Origin: Octopus sinensis
Taxonomy: Eukaryota
Length of the DNA: 64,000 bases
NCBI RefSeq assembly: GCF_006345805.1
Contig: NC_043005.1
Span: 71,920,001-71,984,000, forward strand
Direction of reading: 5' to 3'
The position numbers and the translations under genes were made by a program. Below are positions 11,769 to 27,556 of the stretch, in pieces. The notes under the pieces are model-generated. The model was not told the origin of the DNA, did no database searches, and saw only the letters and a program-made list of their open reading frames with translations. Every line of letters begins with the position of its first letter. The first letter of the stretch is position 1.

Positions 11769-12830
11769 GAGAGGAAGAGAGAAGAGGAGATAGAGAAAAT
11801 GTGAATGAAAGAAAAAAAAAAACAGGAAGAAAGAAAGGAAGGAAGAAAGAGAGGCAGGAAGAAAGAAAGAAAGGAAGTCATGTTGCACTAAGAAGAATAG
11901 GAGAAGCTTAAGCCCATGAAGAATGTAATTTCATCTATGGGATGGGGTGGGGGGTTCCTTTAATTCATATCAATACCCAGGTCTGTGATCATATATCAAA
12001 AAAAAAAAAAAAAAATTCCCTATCCCCAATACTTGAATGAAACATATTTATTGCTATTTCAATGTGATTTGATCCCAGAGCACAGAGATTGGAAGCAAAT
12101 ATTACTAGTCATTCTATCCAATGGTTTAATGACTTTGTCAACATTCTGTCTTTAATCAGTGATAACCACACTATTAATTCTATCTGCATCAATTGGCAAA
12201 CTTTGGTAACAATTTCACTTGTGATTATTCCCAATGTTTGCAGTCAACCTCTTCCCTCTCTTTTTCTATTGCAGTTGGTCTGTTGGTTTTTATTGCAATT
12301 TGCTTTTTAGCATCAGTATTTTTTTACTCTAGATACGAACAGAGAGTATTGATGATTTCATAGTGCTTAACAGTTTGTTTGTGCATTTTGATCGTTCCTG
12401 ATAAGTAATCTATTTAATTACATGATGAAATGATCTCAATACACACAAACATACATACAAACATACATACAGTCATACATGTACGTAAAAAAAAAAACGA
12501 ACATGCACCAAAATCACATGCAAGCATGCACACACATGCACGAAAATATACATATGTGTATACATATATATGTGTATGAATGTATGTAAGTATATAGAAA
12601 TATATGTATGTTAGTCTGTGTGTATATCTATATCTATGTACATATGCATGCATGTCTACATGCCAATTTTTCTGATTTACACACATATACAAATATATAC
12701 ACACATACAGACATATACACACACATATACATAGGCATATTAAGGATAAGCTAAGCATATCTTTATGTGCTCCCATAAGATTTATTGTTGCTTATATCTT
12801 TTTGTTTATTGCTTCCGTTTCTTCTTATCC

Positions 12831-12834
<4 letters not shown>

Positions 12835-12865
<31 letters not shown>

Positions 12866-12941
12866 GTTATCATCATCATCATTGTCATTATCATCATAAT
12901 CATCATGATCACCACTCTTACTATTGTTATCATTATTATTA

Positions 12942-12979
<38 letters not shown>

Positions 12980-12980
12980 T
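12835..12980. repeat. (CAT)n/(ATT)n compound microsatellite
   Basis: Direct reading. Confidence 0.95.
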
Positions 12981-13194
12981 GTCTACAGTATTGACATGCT
13001 ATAGTGATTGGAATGATTTCTTTTAACACAGATTTGGACATTTAAGCACTACAAATAGAAATGTCTATTTATAGTCCGTTACTCTTCCTGTTGCTAACCA
13101 TGAAAGACTTGTGGCGTGAAAGTACAGTATGGTTTTTTTTTAGCCAGACAGAATCAAAGCAATATGAGAATTGTGCCTCATCTAGCGTCACAAA

Positions 13195-14530
<1,336 letters not shown>

Positions 14531-14677
14531 GAAAATGTCCTGTCTGAAGATTTTCTAATGGGAAATTCCTTAAATGTCTATATAACATGCAACTCCTGTT
14601 AGCAAATGAAATACATGTAACAGAGAGTAAATAATACCAAACTATTTCGATCCTCCTGTTTTGTTATATATACCATG

Positions 14678-15130
14678 ATCATCATCATCATTTAATGTCC
14701 ACTGTCCCTGTTGACATGGGTTGAATGTTTTGACCAGGGCTAGCAAGCCAAGGCTCTGCCATTCAAGAATTTGAACCTGGAGATCTCCAGTTCCAGCAAC
14801 TTCGAGGGCCACCTACCAAAGTTTTTTTATTCCAAGGTCTGGGGTCTCCCACCTCTAAACCCTAGACCATCACCTAATCACCCATACCTGTCTTGTTGCT
14901 TAACAACAACAACAACAGCCAAGGAGCTGCACCAGACTCCAGTTCTGATTTGGCATGGTTTCTATGGCTGGATGCACTTCTCAATGCCAACCACTCAGAG
15001 AGTGTAATGGATGCTTTTACTTGCCAGTGACATGAGTGCCATTTGCAGACCACCAGTATCTGCCATGACTGCAATTTTACTTGGCTTAATGAGTCTTCTT
15101 TACAGGCACAACATAATGCCATGGTCTCAA
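14678..15130 (-). mobile_element. RTE-LINE 3' end (family C) with an internal insertion
   Basis: (CAT)n TTTAATGTCCAC...; GCTGCACCAGACTCCAGTTCTGATTTGGCATGGTTTCTATGGCTGGATGC... Confidence 0.75.
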
Positions 15131-15151
15131 TATATATATATATATATAATA

Positions 15152-15209
<58 letters not shown>

Positions 15210-15216
15210 CTATATA

Positions 15217-15297
<81 letters not shown>

Positions 15298-16441
15298 GAC
15301 AGATAAAGAGACAGACATACAGAGATAAACATATATATATTTATGTATATAAATCCAGATGGATGAACATAAATATGCACCTATTTCAGAGTGACATTCG
15401 TTACCATTTATACACAATTTTCATGTGACATCACCAGCATATATAATTAAGAAGAACCAATGAGATTAACTTCACATGGTCCTTGTTGCTGCTGTGACCC
15501 CAGAAGCAGCCCCCGATTAAGTTGACTTTAGAATCAAATGCCTTCCAACCATAGCCATCCTCTCTTCTTCGTCTCAGTTGTGTTACAATCATGACATTCT
15601 CATACAAAGTGTCCACATCAAAGACAATAGGGTAATAATTTGAGGAAGATCAGAGAGCTACTTCTAGCAGATCAAATGATCCTATAGAAGATCTTCCAGG
15701 AGATAACGGCTGAATCTCCATCAAATCCCACCTGCTTTCCAATAAGGGATAAAGAATGATACAGTACATAATGTACAGCTAGATACATAAGGTCTGAAAA
15801 GAAAGATATGCATGGTGGTTGTTACTGGAATGTCTTTGTTGACAGGTCTGCTTAGTTGGAGTGACCTGGGGCTAAATTACAATGACAGCTTCAACAACAA
15901 CAACAACAACGGCAGCCTTGTAATCGATGTCACATGAAGTTGATTTTCATGTACTGACATGCTAACCAATTATCTGCATGAAGTAAATACAATATTAATA
16001 TCTGTCCAAGTTGATTGATTGAGGTTCCTGACAACTGATAATTTATCGCTTATGTTTTTCCATAGTCTGGTACCTAAAGAAAAAAAAAAAACATTTGCAT
16101 TTATCATAGAACATATAAATGCTGTAAAGCATTCCAAGAATATGTTATACATAAATACAAAGAATTATTACTGTACTCATAATTAAAAATGAATTTTAAA
16201 TTGTTTCATGTTGATGAGGATGTTATTATCACATTTTTAGAAATCAAAGTTCCTTAGATTGCTTCTTAGATAAAGACAATTAATGCAAGGTTGCCTGAGC
16301 AGCATTATATTCTCCTCGGCCAGATAAAGACCCATACAGGCTCAAAGCGCTTAAAGGATTTTGGTGCCCCTACATAGATGTAATTCAAAATATAAACAAT
16401 AATGTATCATAAAATAAATTTTAATATTTCAAAATAAAATT

Positions 16442-16655
16442 AAGGCAGCAAGCTGGCAGAAATGTTAGTACGTTGGGGGAAACGCTTAGCTGTATTCTAT
16501 CTGTCTTTATGTTCTGAGTTCAAATTCTGCGGAGGTCAACTTTGCCTTTCAACCTCCCAGGGTCGATAAATTAAATACCAGTTGTATACTAGGGTCGATC
16601 TAATCCACTGGCACCCTCCTCAAAAATGTCTGGCCTTGTGCTTAGAGTAGAAAAG
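16442..16655 (+). mobile_element. SINE family B variant
   Basis: AAGGCAGCAAGCTGGCAGAAATGTTAG...GTTCTGAGTTCAAATTCTGC...GGCCTTGTGCTTAGAGTAGAAAAG. Confidence 0.85.
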
Positions 16656-17512
16656 AATATTTCAAAATAAAATGTAACTAATAGTAAGATGGAAAATTAT
16701 AATTAGGGTTCAGCAAAAATTGCTTCACCACATACCGAAATTTAGAAATAGCAGTTAAATACTATTCCACTACCATAAGATATCTCCCAGACAGTAATAC
16801 TCTCAACTCACGCAGGTAGTGTATATATAATACACTACTATGTATTACACACATCTTGATTTTCTCATCTAAATACTCTTAAAAACCTACAATACCAAAT
16901 ATAAGATGCAGTGTTAGACAACTACTACAAGATCTGGACAATCTAAGTCAATACATTACTTTTTAATATTATATTTTGTATTATATTTTATATATGCTGG
17001 TCTTGTGCCAAAATTTGAAACCAATATTATATTTTATATAAAATATATTGATATGCAATACAAAAAAAATGTTAGGTAAACTATTAAAGAAACTCTCTTA
17101 TATAATTTAGATTTTTCTTAAAGATGTTGGTGAAGGAAAACCTTGGCAGACTAATACAGTTACATGCGTCACTTATTTTTAATCTGTATTTTGGTGAGAA
17201 AAATACACCTGCGTGTGTGTGTGTGAGTGTGTGTACATAGTAATTTTTAGAATATGTAGACTACATCACTGCATGCAATAAGAAGCAATTAATAGAACTG
17301 GTCTCAAGAAGCGTGTCTGGGCACCGAAAACTCTGCCTCAAACTCTCTCATCCAATGCACGTAAGCAAGGAAGAGAAGACATACAATAATGATTCTACAT
17401 ATGAATATACATACACATATATATATTTGTGTATATATACAAACACATGCATATACATATACATATAAACACACACACAGGTGCATATATATATGTGTGT
17501 GTGTGTGTGTGT

Positions 17513-17637
17513 GAACCACATTGTTCCAGGTTCAGTCCCACTGCATGGTACCTTGGGCAAATGTCTTCTATAGCCTCGGGCCGATCAAAGCATTGTGTGT
17601 GGATTTGGTAGACGGAAACTGAAAGAAGCCTGTCGTA
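17513..17637 (+). mobile_element. SINE family A, 5' half
   Basis: CCAGGTTCAGTCCCACTGCATGGTACCTTGGGCAAATGTCTTC...GGAAACTGAAAGAAGCC. Confidence 0.85.
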
Positions 17638-17819
17638 TATATATATATATATATATATGTATAAGTATATGTATATTATTTAAACAGATTGATTTGGCTC
17701 AATGTGACATAAAGCTTCACAGGCTTCTAAGAGAAGCCCATCTCTTTCAGTCTTTAGATTACCAACTCTAACTGATAAAGTATTAATACACAGTCACTTC
17801 TGGTGTTGCACTAAACTGG

Positions 17820-18085
17820 AAGAGTCGTTAGCATGCTGGGTAAAATGCTTTACAGTATTTCGTGTCTTCACGTACTGAGTTCAAATTCCACCAGGGTTGA
17901 CTTTGCCTTTCCTCCTTTCAGGGTTGATAAAATAAGTACATTCTGAGTTTGAATTCTGCTGGGGTTGACTTTACCTTTCATCTCTTCAGGGTCGATGAAT
18001 TAAGTACCAGTGAATCACTGGGATTGATGTAATCAACCAGCCTCCTCCCCACAAATTTGAGGCCTTGTCCCTCTTGTAGAAAGGA
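17820..18085 (+). mobile_element. SINE family B variant with internal duplication
   Basis: Segment CTGAGTT..AATTC..GGGTTGACTTT..CTTTC..CAGGG occurs twice in tandem. Confidence 0.8.
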
Positions 18086-18708
18086 TTATTATTATTATCA
18101 TCATCATCGTCATCAGTTATAAGATAGTGAGCTCACAGAACTTTTAGCATGTCAGACAAAATACTTGGCAGCACATACATGTGTGTGTGGATGCATGCGC
18201 ACGCGTGTGTGTGTGTGTGTGTGCAGACATAAGTGGGAATCTGCCATATGTGAAATTTCACATCCACTGAAAATCATAAGTATCTTGTCTGATATGAGCA
18301 TGAAACTACAATACACTGATTTAATTATAAGCAAACATACACACATGCATATATTCCTACATGTGAGTTTGTGTGTGTGCCTGTGTGTGTGTCTGGTGTG
18401 TGTCTGTGTGTGTGTCTGTGTATCTACAGACACACAAGTACATATTTACATGCACTGCAATATATATTAAAAGTGAGATTTAAGAAATACAAATATTTAA
18501 AAAGATTTGTAAAAACTAAATTCAATAATTGAGTTTAAATTGAATTTTAGCACATGAAATTTTTATAAATACAATTTACTAGTTTATTATAAGATGGATT
18601 TTGGAAAATTATATAACATAAACAAAGTGCATTACATAGATGGAACATGTAAATACACAACACACACATTTAATATGCATATAAATACACACACACTCAT
18701 CACTCATC

Positions 18709-18750
<42 letters not shown>

Positions 18751-18814
18751 TAAAATTATGATCACTCACACACATACAATCCCAAATAAATGTCACCTTA
18801 TGTGTGTATATATA

Positions 18815-19436
18815 TCATCATCATCTTTTAACGTCCGTTTTCCATGCTACAATGGCTTGAATGGTTTGATCGTGGTCTGGGAAGCCAGGAGGCTGCACCA
18901 GGCTCCTGTCTAATCTGGCAGTGTTTCTACAGCTGAATACCCTTCCTAATGCCAACTCACAATTCCATGAGTGTAGTGGGTGCTTTTTACATGCCACCGG
19001 CACTGGGGTCAGAGGAGGCTGGCAACAGCCATGATCAGTTGATACCTTTTATGTGCCACCAGCACAGGTATCACAACAACAATTTCCATTTGATTTTGAT
19101 TTTGATGTTGATGTACTTGACTCAATAGGTCTCCGCAAGCACAACAGATCGCCCTACAATCCAAGGTACTTTTGAATGGGCTGGGGCTGGTTATGTGAAA
19201 CTGGTGTAGGATACAGCTGTGAACTCACTTTATTTGTCAGGTCTTCACAGTCACAACATATCTCCAGAGGTCTCGGTCATTTGTCATTGCCTCTGTGAGA
19301 CCCAACGCTCTTCCTGAGTCTACCTCTACCCTGGATTCCTTCAACTGTTTGGGAGTGGCACCTCTTCACACATCTTTCCTCATCCATCCATCCGTAGTAC
19401 ATGACCATACCAGCACAAACGTCTGTTTTGCATGCC
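18815..19436 (-). mobile_element. RTE-clade LINE 3' fragment (ORF2 C-terminus plus 3' UTR)
   Basis: Minus strand encodes MYYGWMDEERCVKRCHSQTVEGIQGRGRLRK, resembling the RTE C-terminal WYGHVxRM...EGxRGRGRPRK motif; ends in a (GAT)n tail. Confidence 0.85.
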
Positions 19437-19467
19437 ACAACACATAAAACACACACATATTTGAGAT

Positions 19468-19498
<31 letters not shown>

Positions 19499-19669
19499 GC
19501 GCGTGTGTATGTGTGTGTGTATATATATATATATACACACACTCACACAGATATATACATATATATATATATAGAGAGAGTGATAGATACAGGTGTACAT
19601 ATATTTAGGATTATATATATATATATATAATATATATATATATAAATATATATATACATACATATTTAT

Positions 19670-19708
<39 letters not shown>

Positions 19709-22700
19709 AATATATATATACATACATATTTATATATACAGAGTGGAGGAGAGAGAGACAGAGACAGACTGACAGAAAAGGAAAGAGGGATAATTTATTG
19801 GAAGGTGAAATACCATAAAATTTTCTTAGGGTTTCTTCGAGATAATCATCAGGTGATTATGAAAAATTCAAACAGTTTTCTATCCAAAGAGCATATGAAA
19901 AATGTTTAAATATCATAACAAACACAGTTTGGAATAACAAAGGGTTGTTACTGGCTTGCAGTGGAATTGTTGTTTGAAAATGGAAGCTGGTGAAACAGTT
20001 GATACCTAGTGAAGTGAAAATAGGAATGATTTATACAAAGTGATGTAATATGCATGAACACACATACTCACATATGCATGCATGCATGTACACTGACACA
20101 CATGCACATATGCACATAAGCAATCAGACAAAGCCAAACACACACACACATATATATATGTATATATGGCTATACATCTATCCATGTATATACATACACA
20201 GACACATATATATATATACTTATATATATATATATATATATATGTGTATGTGTATGTGCATACATATACATGTATGTATGCATGTTCGTGTATTTATATA
20301 TATATATATGTGTGTGTGTATATACATACATACATATACATACATATATGATGATGATGATGATGGTGATATATGATGATGATGGTGATATATGTATGTA
20401 TATACATGCATGTATGTACATATTTATACATCTCTCCATATATATAAATATATGTACATGCATGTATGTTTGTATATATACACACACACATACACACTAA
20501 CATATATATGCACATACATATATTTATATATGTACATATATGCCAAGGGAGCAAATGATGAGAAAATATATTAAAAAAAACAATGTATATTATTGATGTG
20601 TGAGATAATAAAAAGTAGGAAAGAAATAATTCACAATTCGTTTTGTTAATATTTGAAAGGGTTTCAGAAATGAACCCTTATCATGCTATTTCAGTTGTAA
20701 AGGTTTTGGCTGCAAGCAATTTAACCTCTTAAAGAAATAATATTATGAAGTGAAAATTTTGAGGAATGCCTACAATAGCCCATGCATTTCTGAATGATCA
20801 TTGAATTCATTCTAAAATAATATCAATATTTTCCCCCCTTTAAGCAATCTTCCAATGCAGATTGGAAAGGAATGTATCAGGAAAATAATGAACGTTGTGG
20901 ACTGAGGATCAACCATTGGATTCTGCTCACAAGAGATACAGCTTTTTAAAAATTAGTTCATACGTAACTAGGAAAACTTGCATATGTATATGTATGTTGG
21001 TTGTTACTTACTTTAAAACGATTTCCAGTAAGGATAATGTAAGATAACTATACTGTTCATAATTAAAATCTGCTCACTAAGCTTCATTTAGAATTGATAT
21101 TATGTTAAAATGGCTTAAATGAATGTTGACAAATGCTTCACTAGTGTAGATTGTCTTCAAAATTTTCACTTGACAACTATGTACTTCTTAATAGTTAAAT
21201 TAAAGCAGCCAAAACATGAAGAATTGTTATAGCATGATGATATTTTCAAAAATTTCCTGAGATTAATGATAATTCATCACTCTGAGTTCTTTCCCTCCTT
21301 TGCACTTGTAATTTTCACTCGTGTATCACTTTATACATTTTCTTGGTGTGTATGTGTAAGTATATGTGTGTGTAAATATATATGTGTGTGTATACTCATA
21401 TGTTTTAATGTATATAGCATCATTTTGCACAGTTGTACAAATTATTTACGTCTTGCTAAACTCAGTTTCAAACATATTCCAATTTTCCATTCGTCAAACT
21501 GTTAGCCAATAGCATTCTTTGTTATTCCGTGCCAACCAATTAGTGATCACAATGATATTCAACACTTTTTTTTGTTATGTACCTCCTATGCCCAATTCTG
21601 TGTGCTGTTTTACATAATTATTGAAAGAGTGACAATGAGAAACTCATGGTAAAGAATTTTAAAGTTATAGTTTCTGCTTCAAATAACTCCCAGTTTCTGT
21701 TGTTAATAGAAGGTCGACTTAGGTGGTACTAAAAAACACTTGCCTTGGGTGCTGAGCAATTGGATTGAAACCAAGAATACTTGGTTTGGAAGCAAACTTT
21801 TTAATTATACAGACATACCATATGTCAACAGCCATAGTCATACGTATATGAATATCTGTTTGCATATATATACATACAAACATACATACATGTGTGTGTG
21901 TGTATCTGTCTGTCTGTGGATGTATGTTTATATATGTTTATGTGTGTTTCAATAAACGTTATTGTCATGCTTTTTAAGCAGACTGGCTGAATGCACCATT
22001 AAAGGCTAAACAAACTTAAAGTCGCATTCAAATCAATATTCTGAATATATTTTACTCTTCCACATGTATAGAGTCCTATAATCAGTTATTGTTTCCTACA
22101 AGATGATGAATAATGCCAATATAATACATTTATATATTCATGTGTGTGTGTGTGTGTGTGCAAGATTATGTGTGTGTGTATATATATATATAAATATGTA
22201 TATATATATTTATATACATGCTGAAATTAAATCTTTATAACCTGAGGATATTAGTTTTGTGATAAGCAATGTTATCAGATATACCAAAGTTTTCTACTTT
22301 CTAATAGCCTGCATTAAAAAAAAAAATAAATAATGATATCCTACAGATTCCTGAAATAAACTCAACACAATGCTTGAGCTCATTTCACACACACACACAC
22401 ACACACACACACGCAGATAAATACACAAAAACAAACACCTACACATAAATAGTGTGATAAATTACCTGATAGTCACATAATGTAATATAGTTTATTCAGG
22501 AGTCTAACATTTTTAGAGTACTAAATCTATCGTTCCGTACAAAAACGTTTCTACCATAAACTTCTGAATATGTTTATCGCCATCATAATTTATATCCACA
22601 TTCCATGCTGGCATTGTCTGGACAGATCGTCATGGTCTAAGGCAGATCTTATTTGGAGTTATTGTTCTCCTCAATGATCAAGAAAATCACATCACTCAAT

Positions 22701-23289
22701 AATTCTCAAACGTTTTTAAATTTGGCATAGTTCCAATAGCTTGTAGTCCTTCAGTCCAATCATTTTCCAGATTCTGTTGGGTTCATTTTACTATGACATC
22801 AAAACAAAAGTTGTCTGTGACGTTTTGGCCCTTCCTATTTAGTATCACTAATTCAATGTTTATTTCACATTTAGATAATTTAATATGTCTCTCATTCTTA
22901 AGGCAGCAAGCAGGCAGATTCTGGACAAAACACCTAGCAGCATTTTATTTGCCATTATGTCCAAAGTTCAAATGCCTCTGGGTTTAACTTAGCCTTTCAT
23001 TCTTTTGTGGGGTGTATAAAATAAGTACTAGTTTAATGCTGGGGGTTAATGTAACTGAATTACTCCCTAACTCAAACCTGCTGACCTTCTACTAAAATTT
23101 TAAACCAATGTTTCTTTCATTCTTTTCCTCTCTGTCTCTCACTCCCTCCATTTCTCATTCTCTCCCTCACTTTCTCTCTTGCTCTTTCCCTCCTTTCTCA
23201 CTGTTTCCCTCTGTTGCTTTCTTTATGTGTGAGCATATTTCTTTATGTACTTATGAGGAAAGGGTAAGTGTTCATGTCAATCTTGTTCA

Positions 23290-23707
23290 AGAGTGGCTGT
23301 GTGTTAAGTAGCTTGCTTACGAACCACATGGTTTTGGGTTCAGTCCCACTGTGGCACCTTGGGCAAGTGTCTTCTGCTATAGCCTTGGGCCAACCAAAGC
23401 CTTGTGAGTGGATTTGATAGAAGGAAACTGAAAGAAGCCTGTTGTATATATGTGTGTATATATATATATGTGTGTGTGTGTGTGGTGTGTGTGTGTGTGT
23501 GTGTGTATGTTTGTGTGTCTGTGTTTGTCCCCCAACATCACTTGACAACCGATGGTGGTGTGTTTACGTCCCCGTAACTTAGCGGTTTGGCAAAAGAGAC
23601 AGAATAAGTAATAGGCTTACAAAGAATAAGTCCTGGGTTCGATTTGCTCGACTAAAGGTGGTGCTCCAGCATGGCCACAGTCAAATGACTGAAACAAGTA
23701 AAAGAGT
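23290..23707 (+). mobile_element. SINE family A, full length
   Basis: Head, CCTTGGGCAAGT CORE-like motif, internal (TG)n, tail all present. Confidence 0.9.
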
Positions 23708-25802
23708 AACTAATAAGCTATAATTTATCTCTCTCTCACTTTCTCTCTTACTCCCACTATCTCTATGTATATATTTGTGTGCATGTGTGTGTGTGTGTCT
23801 GTATGAATGTGTATACATGTGTGTGCGTGTGTGGGTGTGTGTGTGTGTGTGTCTCGTACCAAAAAATACTGTCACTAAAACAGGTTCAATGTCCATCTAG
23901 TCACCCCCGGTCAAATCGCCAGTGACCAAACAGTCATGCCCAATCATTTCATTCTGGCACAAGGGGGGGGGTGACCAAATTCTCCACAAGACAAGACTAA
24001 GGAACTTTTTGAGCTTCTATCATCAACTTTTTTAAGTCAGCCTTGGAAATATTTGAACCCATAACGTAAAGATCTATGAAATGATGCTAAGCATTTTCTC
24101 CAGTTCTCTAATGGTTCTGCCATCTCATCACAATAATAATAATGACGTCAATGACGATGATATCTCATAATCTTCACTTGCCTTAGGGTGCTGGGTGTAA
24201 CCCAGGAAATGATTGCATCAAACACACAGGTTAAAAGCAAAATAATAATAATAATGACAGCGAATTAAGAATTTTACTAAATTCTTCATTCTGAAAACCA
24301 ATTGAAACAAAGGCGTTGTCTTTTACTAGAAGAATGGTAATAAAAGAGTTAATCCATTCATTATGATGTTGTTACATCTTTCAGGCTATAACTGTTTCCA
24401 GTCTTCTTCACTTTCCTTTTTCACCTTGGAACAGCTGATCTCTTTGCACAACCTTTACACTTGGTGGGCTCCTCCCTCCAGTAGTTTTACCTCCCAGCAT
24501 ATTCTTCAAATTTATATCCTCAGTGATACCATACACATTTTTAAAGCTTCAGCTATCAGTAACCATCTCTTCCCTTTAGCACATGAACTTATTCCATTTG
24601 TAAACTTTATACAACAATTTTTGCCTATACAGAGCACTTCTAGATTATTCAAACTATTTGTTTCCTCTTCTTTCTTGTGTGTTTTTTTCTTTTGTCATAT
24701 ATGGTGTATCCCTGAAAATAGAAGGAATGTAATTTCTTTGTGATTTCATTATCATGCTATAGAATTTGAAAAGAAAAAAATTATAACCAGATATGGAAAA
24801 AGTTTTCATTTCAAAGAAACAAAATAAGAAAACCTGCCATTGTATTTGTGCTATAGAAACACAAATGGCTAACGAAAAAGTAGACGCCATTTTATGGCCT
24901 GAAGGAATCGTAGAGAGATAAAATAGAGCAAAATTTTTCAAAAAAGAAAAATTTAATAAAAAATTAATGGTAACAAAAATGCCATAATAAATCAACAACA
25001 ATGCTAACAAATACATTACAAATATATTTGCTGTAGGGGCCATAAGTGGGTTTTAATGTAAGGATTTTAATTTGTTTTAAAACAAGCAATGACATGCAAA
25101 GAGAATGTAAACTGATAATAAATCAAAACTAAAGGAAAAATTAAATATTTTGGTTTGCGTTGCTGTTGTTGTTGTTGCTCTTTAGCTCTAGGCTAATCCT
25201 GTTTGGACAGCCATGTGGCGAAAGGTTTTCTTAGCATAGCCATTCCTATCTTTTAATATCTAAGGGACTATATTTTTCAGTGTGTCCCTTAGGGTGTCAG
25301 TTAAGGGAGATTTAGTTGCCACATCTAGCTGATTGAGTGAGCCACAAAGAAGCTCTCTCATTGATTTCTTGTTGAAATTGAAAATTATATTTTTATTCCT
25401 TTCTTTTTTGCTGGTGTTAAATTCAACAATTAATGATTTTAATGAAAAAATTATCCACATTTTTGTAGCCACAGGGCTTTTATTTGTAAGAAATAGGGAT
25501 TGAATTGATAAAATGCTTTATGGTATATGGTTATGTCCTGGGTCTCTACATTTTAAGTTCAAATCTCACTAAAGTCAGCTTTAGACTTTTATCATTTTGG
25601 GGGCCTTAAATAAAGTACTTGCTCAGGGATGTGATGAAATTATTAGAGTTCTGAACAAGATGTTTTGTGGTATCTGGATCATTGCATCATGAGTTCAAAC
25701 TCTGTCATGTGCTCATGGCCAGAGTTAATTACATAACTGTAGGAGCTCTCTGTTTAACATGCAGTCAGTTAGTATGGGTAGGTAGGCCTACAGCCAGCTT
25801 AA

Positions 25803-26023
25803 CCCTTTTGTTACCAACCCAGCTGAAACCGGCTCTTGCTCTGTAGTACAAGTGTCTTGTTTTCATAAGTTTTGAATTAAAATCTTTCACCAAACCTTAG
25901 TCACAATTTATGCTCCTAACACTAGCTGAATGATAACCAAGTTATTTTACTAAATTCTTTGTTATATTTAAAGTAATTGAAAGAAACACAGAGCATCTCA
26001 AAATAAATACAGTAACAAAAGGG
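25803..26023. mobile_element. piggyBac-like MITE
   Basis: Perfect 12-bp TIR CCCTTTTGTTAC / GTAACAAAAGGG, TTAA on both sides (25799-25802, 26024-26027). Confidence 0.9.
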
Positions 26024-26367
26024 TTAAATAAACTGGTTGTAGGCATTCTGAGGCTTTTGTTTATCACTGGTTTGACAACAGCCCAATGATCTTATCAACA
26101 TCTATTTCAGATGATAACGATGGTGATGGTGGGAGGTGAGGAGAAGAACAAGAAGGAGGAGGCAAAGGGGAAGACTATGACATTATTCATATAATTATTT
26201 TATCTTAATTTTTCACTTCACTTGAAAATGACATCTTTCCTCAGAATGAGTTGACACTTTGAATTTCTTCTTTGCAAATATACACGTCTTTTTTTTTTTG
26301 GTTGATACTTATTTACTAAATGCTGCAATACAGCAGTATCAGAAGGAATACATACACACATATATAT

Positions 26368-26590
26368 ATATTCTTATATTCTTTTATTCTTTTACACTTG
26401 TTTCAGTCATTTGACTGCAGCCATGATATAGCAACACCTTCAAGGGTTTTAACCAAACAAATCTACCCCAGGTCTTTTTTTAAGGCTAGTACTTATTCTA
26501 TCGGGCTCTTTTACTGAACAGCTAATTTAAGGGAATGTAAACACACCAACACCGGTTGTCATGCAGTGATGGGATGACAGACACAAAGAC
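26368..26590 (-). mobile_element. SINE family A, 3' half
   Basis: TTCTTTTATTCTTTTACACTTGTTTCAGTCATTTGACTGCAGCCATG is the reverse complement of the family A tail. Confidence 0.85.
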
Positions 26591-26891
26591 ACATGCTCAT
26601 AGATATATACCAGAGGTGACTCCAGATCATCAGCATCACTCCGGCATGTGTGAATGATGTCAAGAGAACATCTGCTACAAATAATGGTTTTTCACAAAGG
26701 GCACCTCTAAGATGATCACACCAGATGTTGAACTGTGACCAGGCTCAATAAAAGAAGCCTGAGTTATTGGCTGCAATTACATACTTGAAGTAGTGTTGGC
26801 GGAAATCAAATCAGCTTGCAAATACAAGTTCACTTTACTAAATCTATCCTCGGGCCAAGCCCAAACAGCCTGAGTGCCAGAGTCACCATTG

Positions 26892-26920
<29 letters not shown>

Positions 26921-26922
<2 letters not shown>

Positions 26923-27120
26923 TGTCACCTGTGCAGGTGGCACGTAAAAAGCACCCACTACACTCATGGAGTGGTTGGCGTTAGGAAGGGCATCCAGCCG
27001 TAGAAACATTGCCAGATCAGACTGGGCCAGGTGCAGCCTTCTGGCTTCCCAGACCCCAGTTGCACCGTCCAACCCATGCCACCATGGAAAGCGGACGCTA
27101 AACGATGATGATGATGATGA
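26921..27120 (+). mobile_element. RTE-LINE 3' end (family C), little diverged
   Basis: GGCACGTAAAAAGCACCCACTAC...GGAAAGCGGACGCTAAAC(GAT)n. Confidence 0.85.
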
Positions 27121-27334
27121 TATATATATATATATATATATATGGAAAATAAGCAAGGTAGAAAATGGTAAAATAATTTTATCACGAAGAACATTCTAGT
27201 ACCAGTATCAGTCTTTGCGACATTTTCAACTTAGAGTAAAGCATAGAAAACAATTAAATTGTGGAAAAATTAAATGAAATGTTTTTTTAAAATATTTCCA
27301 TAGTTTTCAAACTCAAGGGACATTTTCCGTTTTA

Positions 27335-27468
27335 CTGTCTGTCTCTAAGGCTTTGGTCAGCCTGAGGATATAGTAGGATACACTTACCAAGGGGCCAGGC
27401 AGTTGGACTGAACCTGGAACAGTATGATTAGTAAGCAAGCTTCTTACCACACAGTCATGCCTGCACCT
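27335..27468 (-). mobile_element. SINE family A, 5' half
   Basis: ...GCAAGCTTCTTACCACACAGTCATGCCTGCAC is the reverse complement of the family A head. Confidence 0.8.
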
Positions 27469-27516
27469 TTAAGAATTTAATAGATTACATTTCAAAAATT
27501 AGAATGTGACAGCTGT

Positions 27517-27556
<40 letters not shown>

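Noticed and set aside
23900-23975. GTCACCCCC / GGGGGTGAC inverted repeat
   Set aside because: Only 9 bp with no TSD; possibly a MITE remnant but unsupported
24654-25043. 129-aa hydrophobic ORF that looks like a membrane protein
   Set aside because: Hydrophobicity follows from the T-rich strand; no recognisable motif or consistent splice structure
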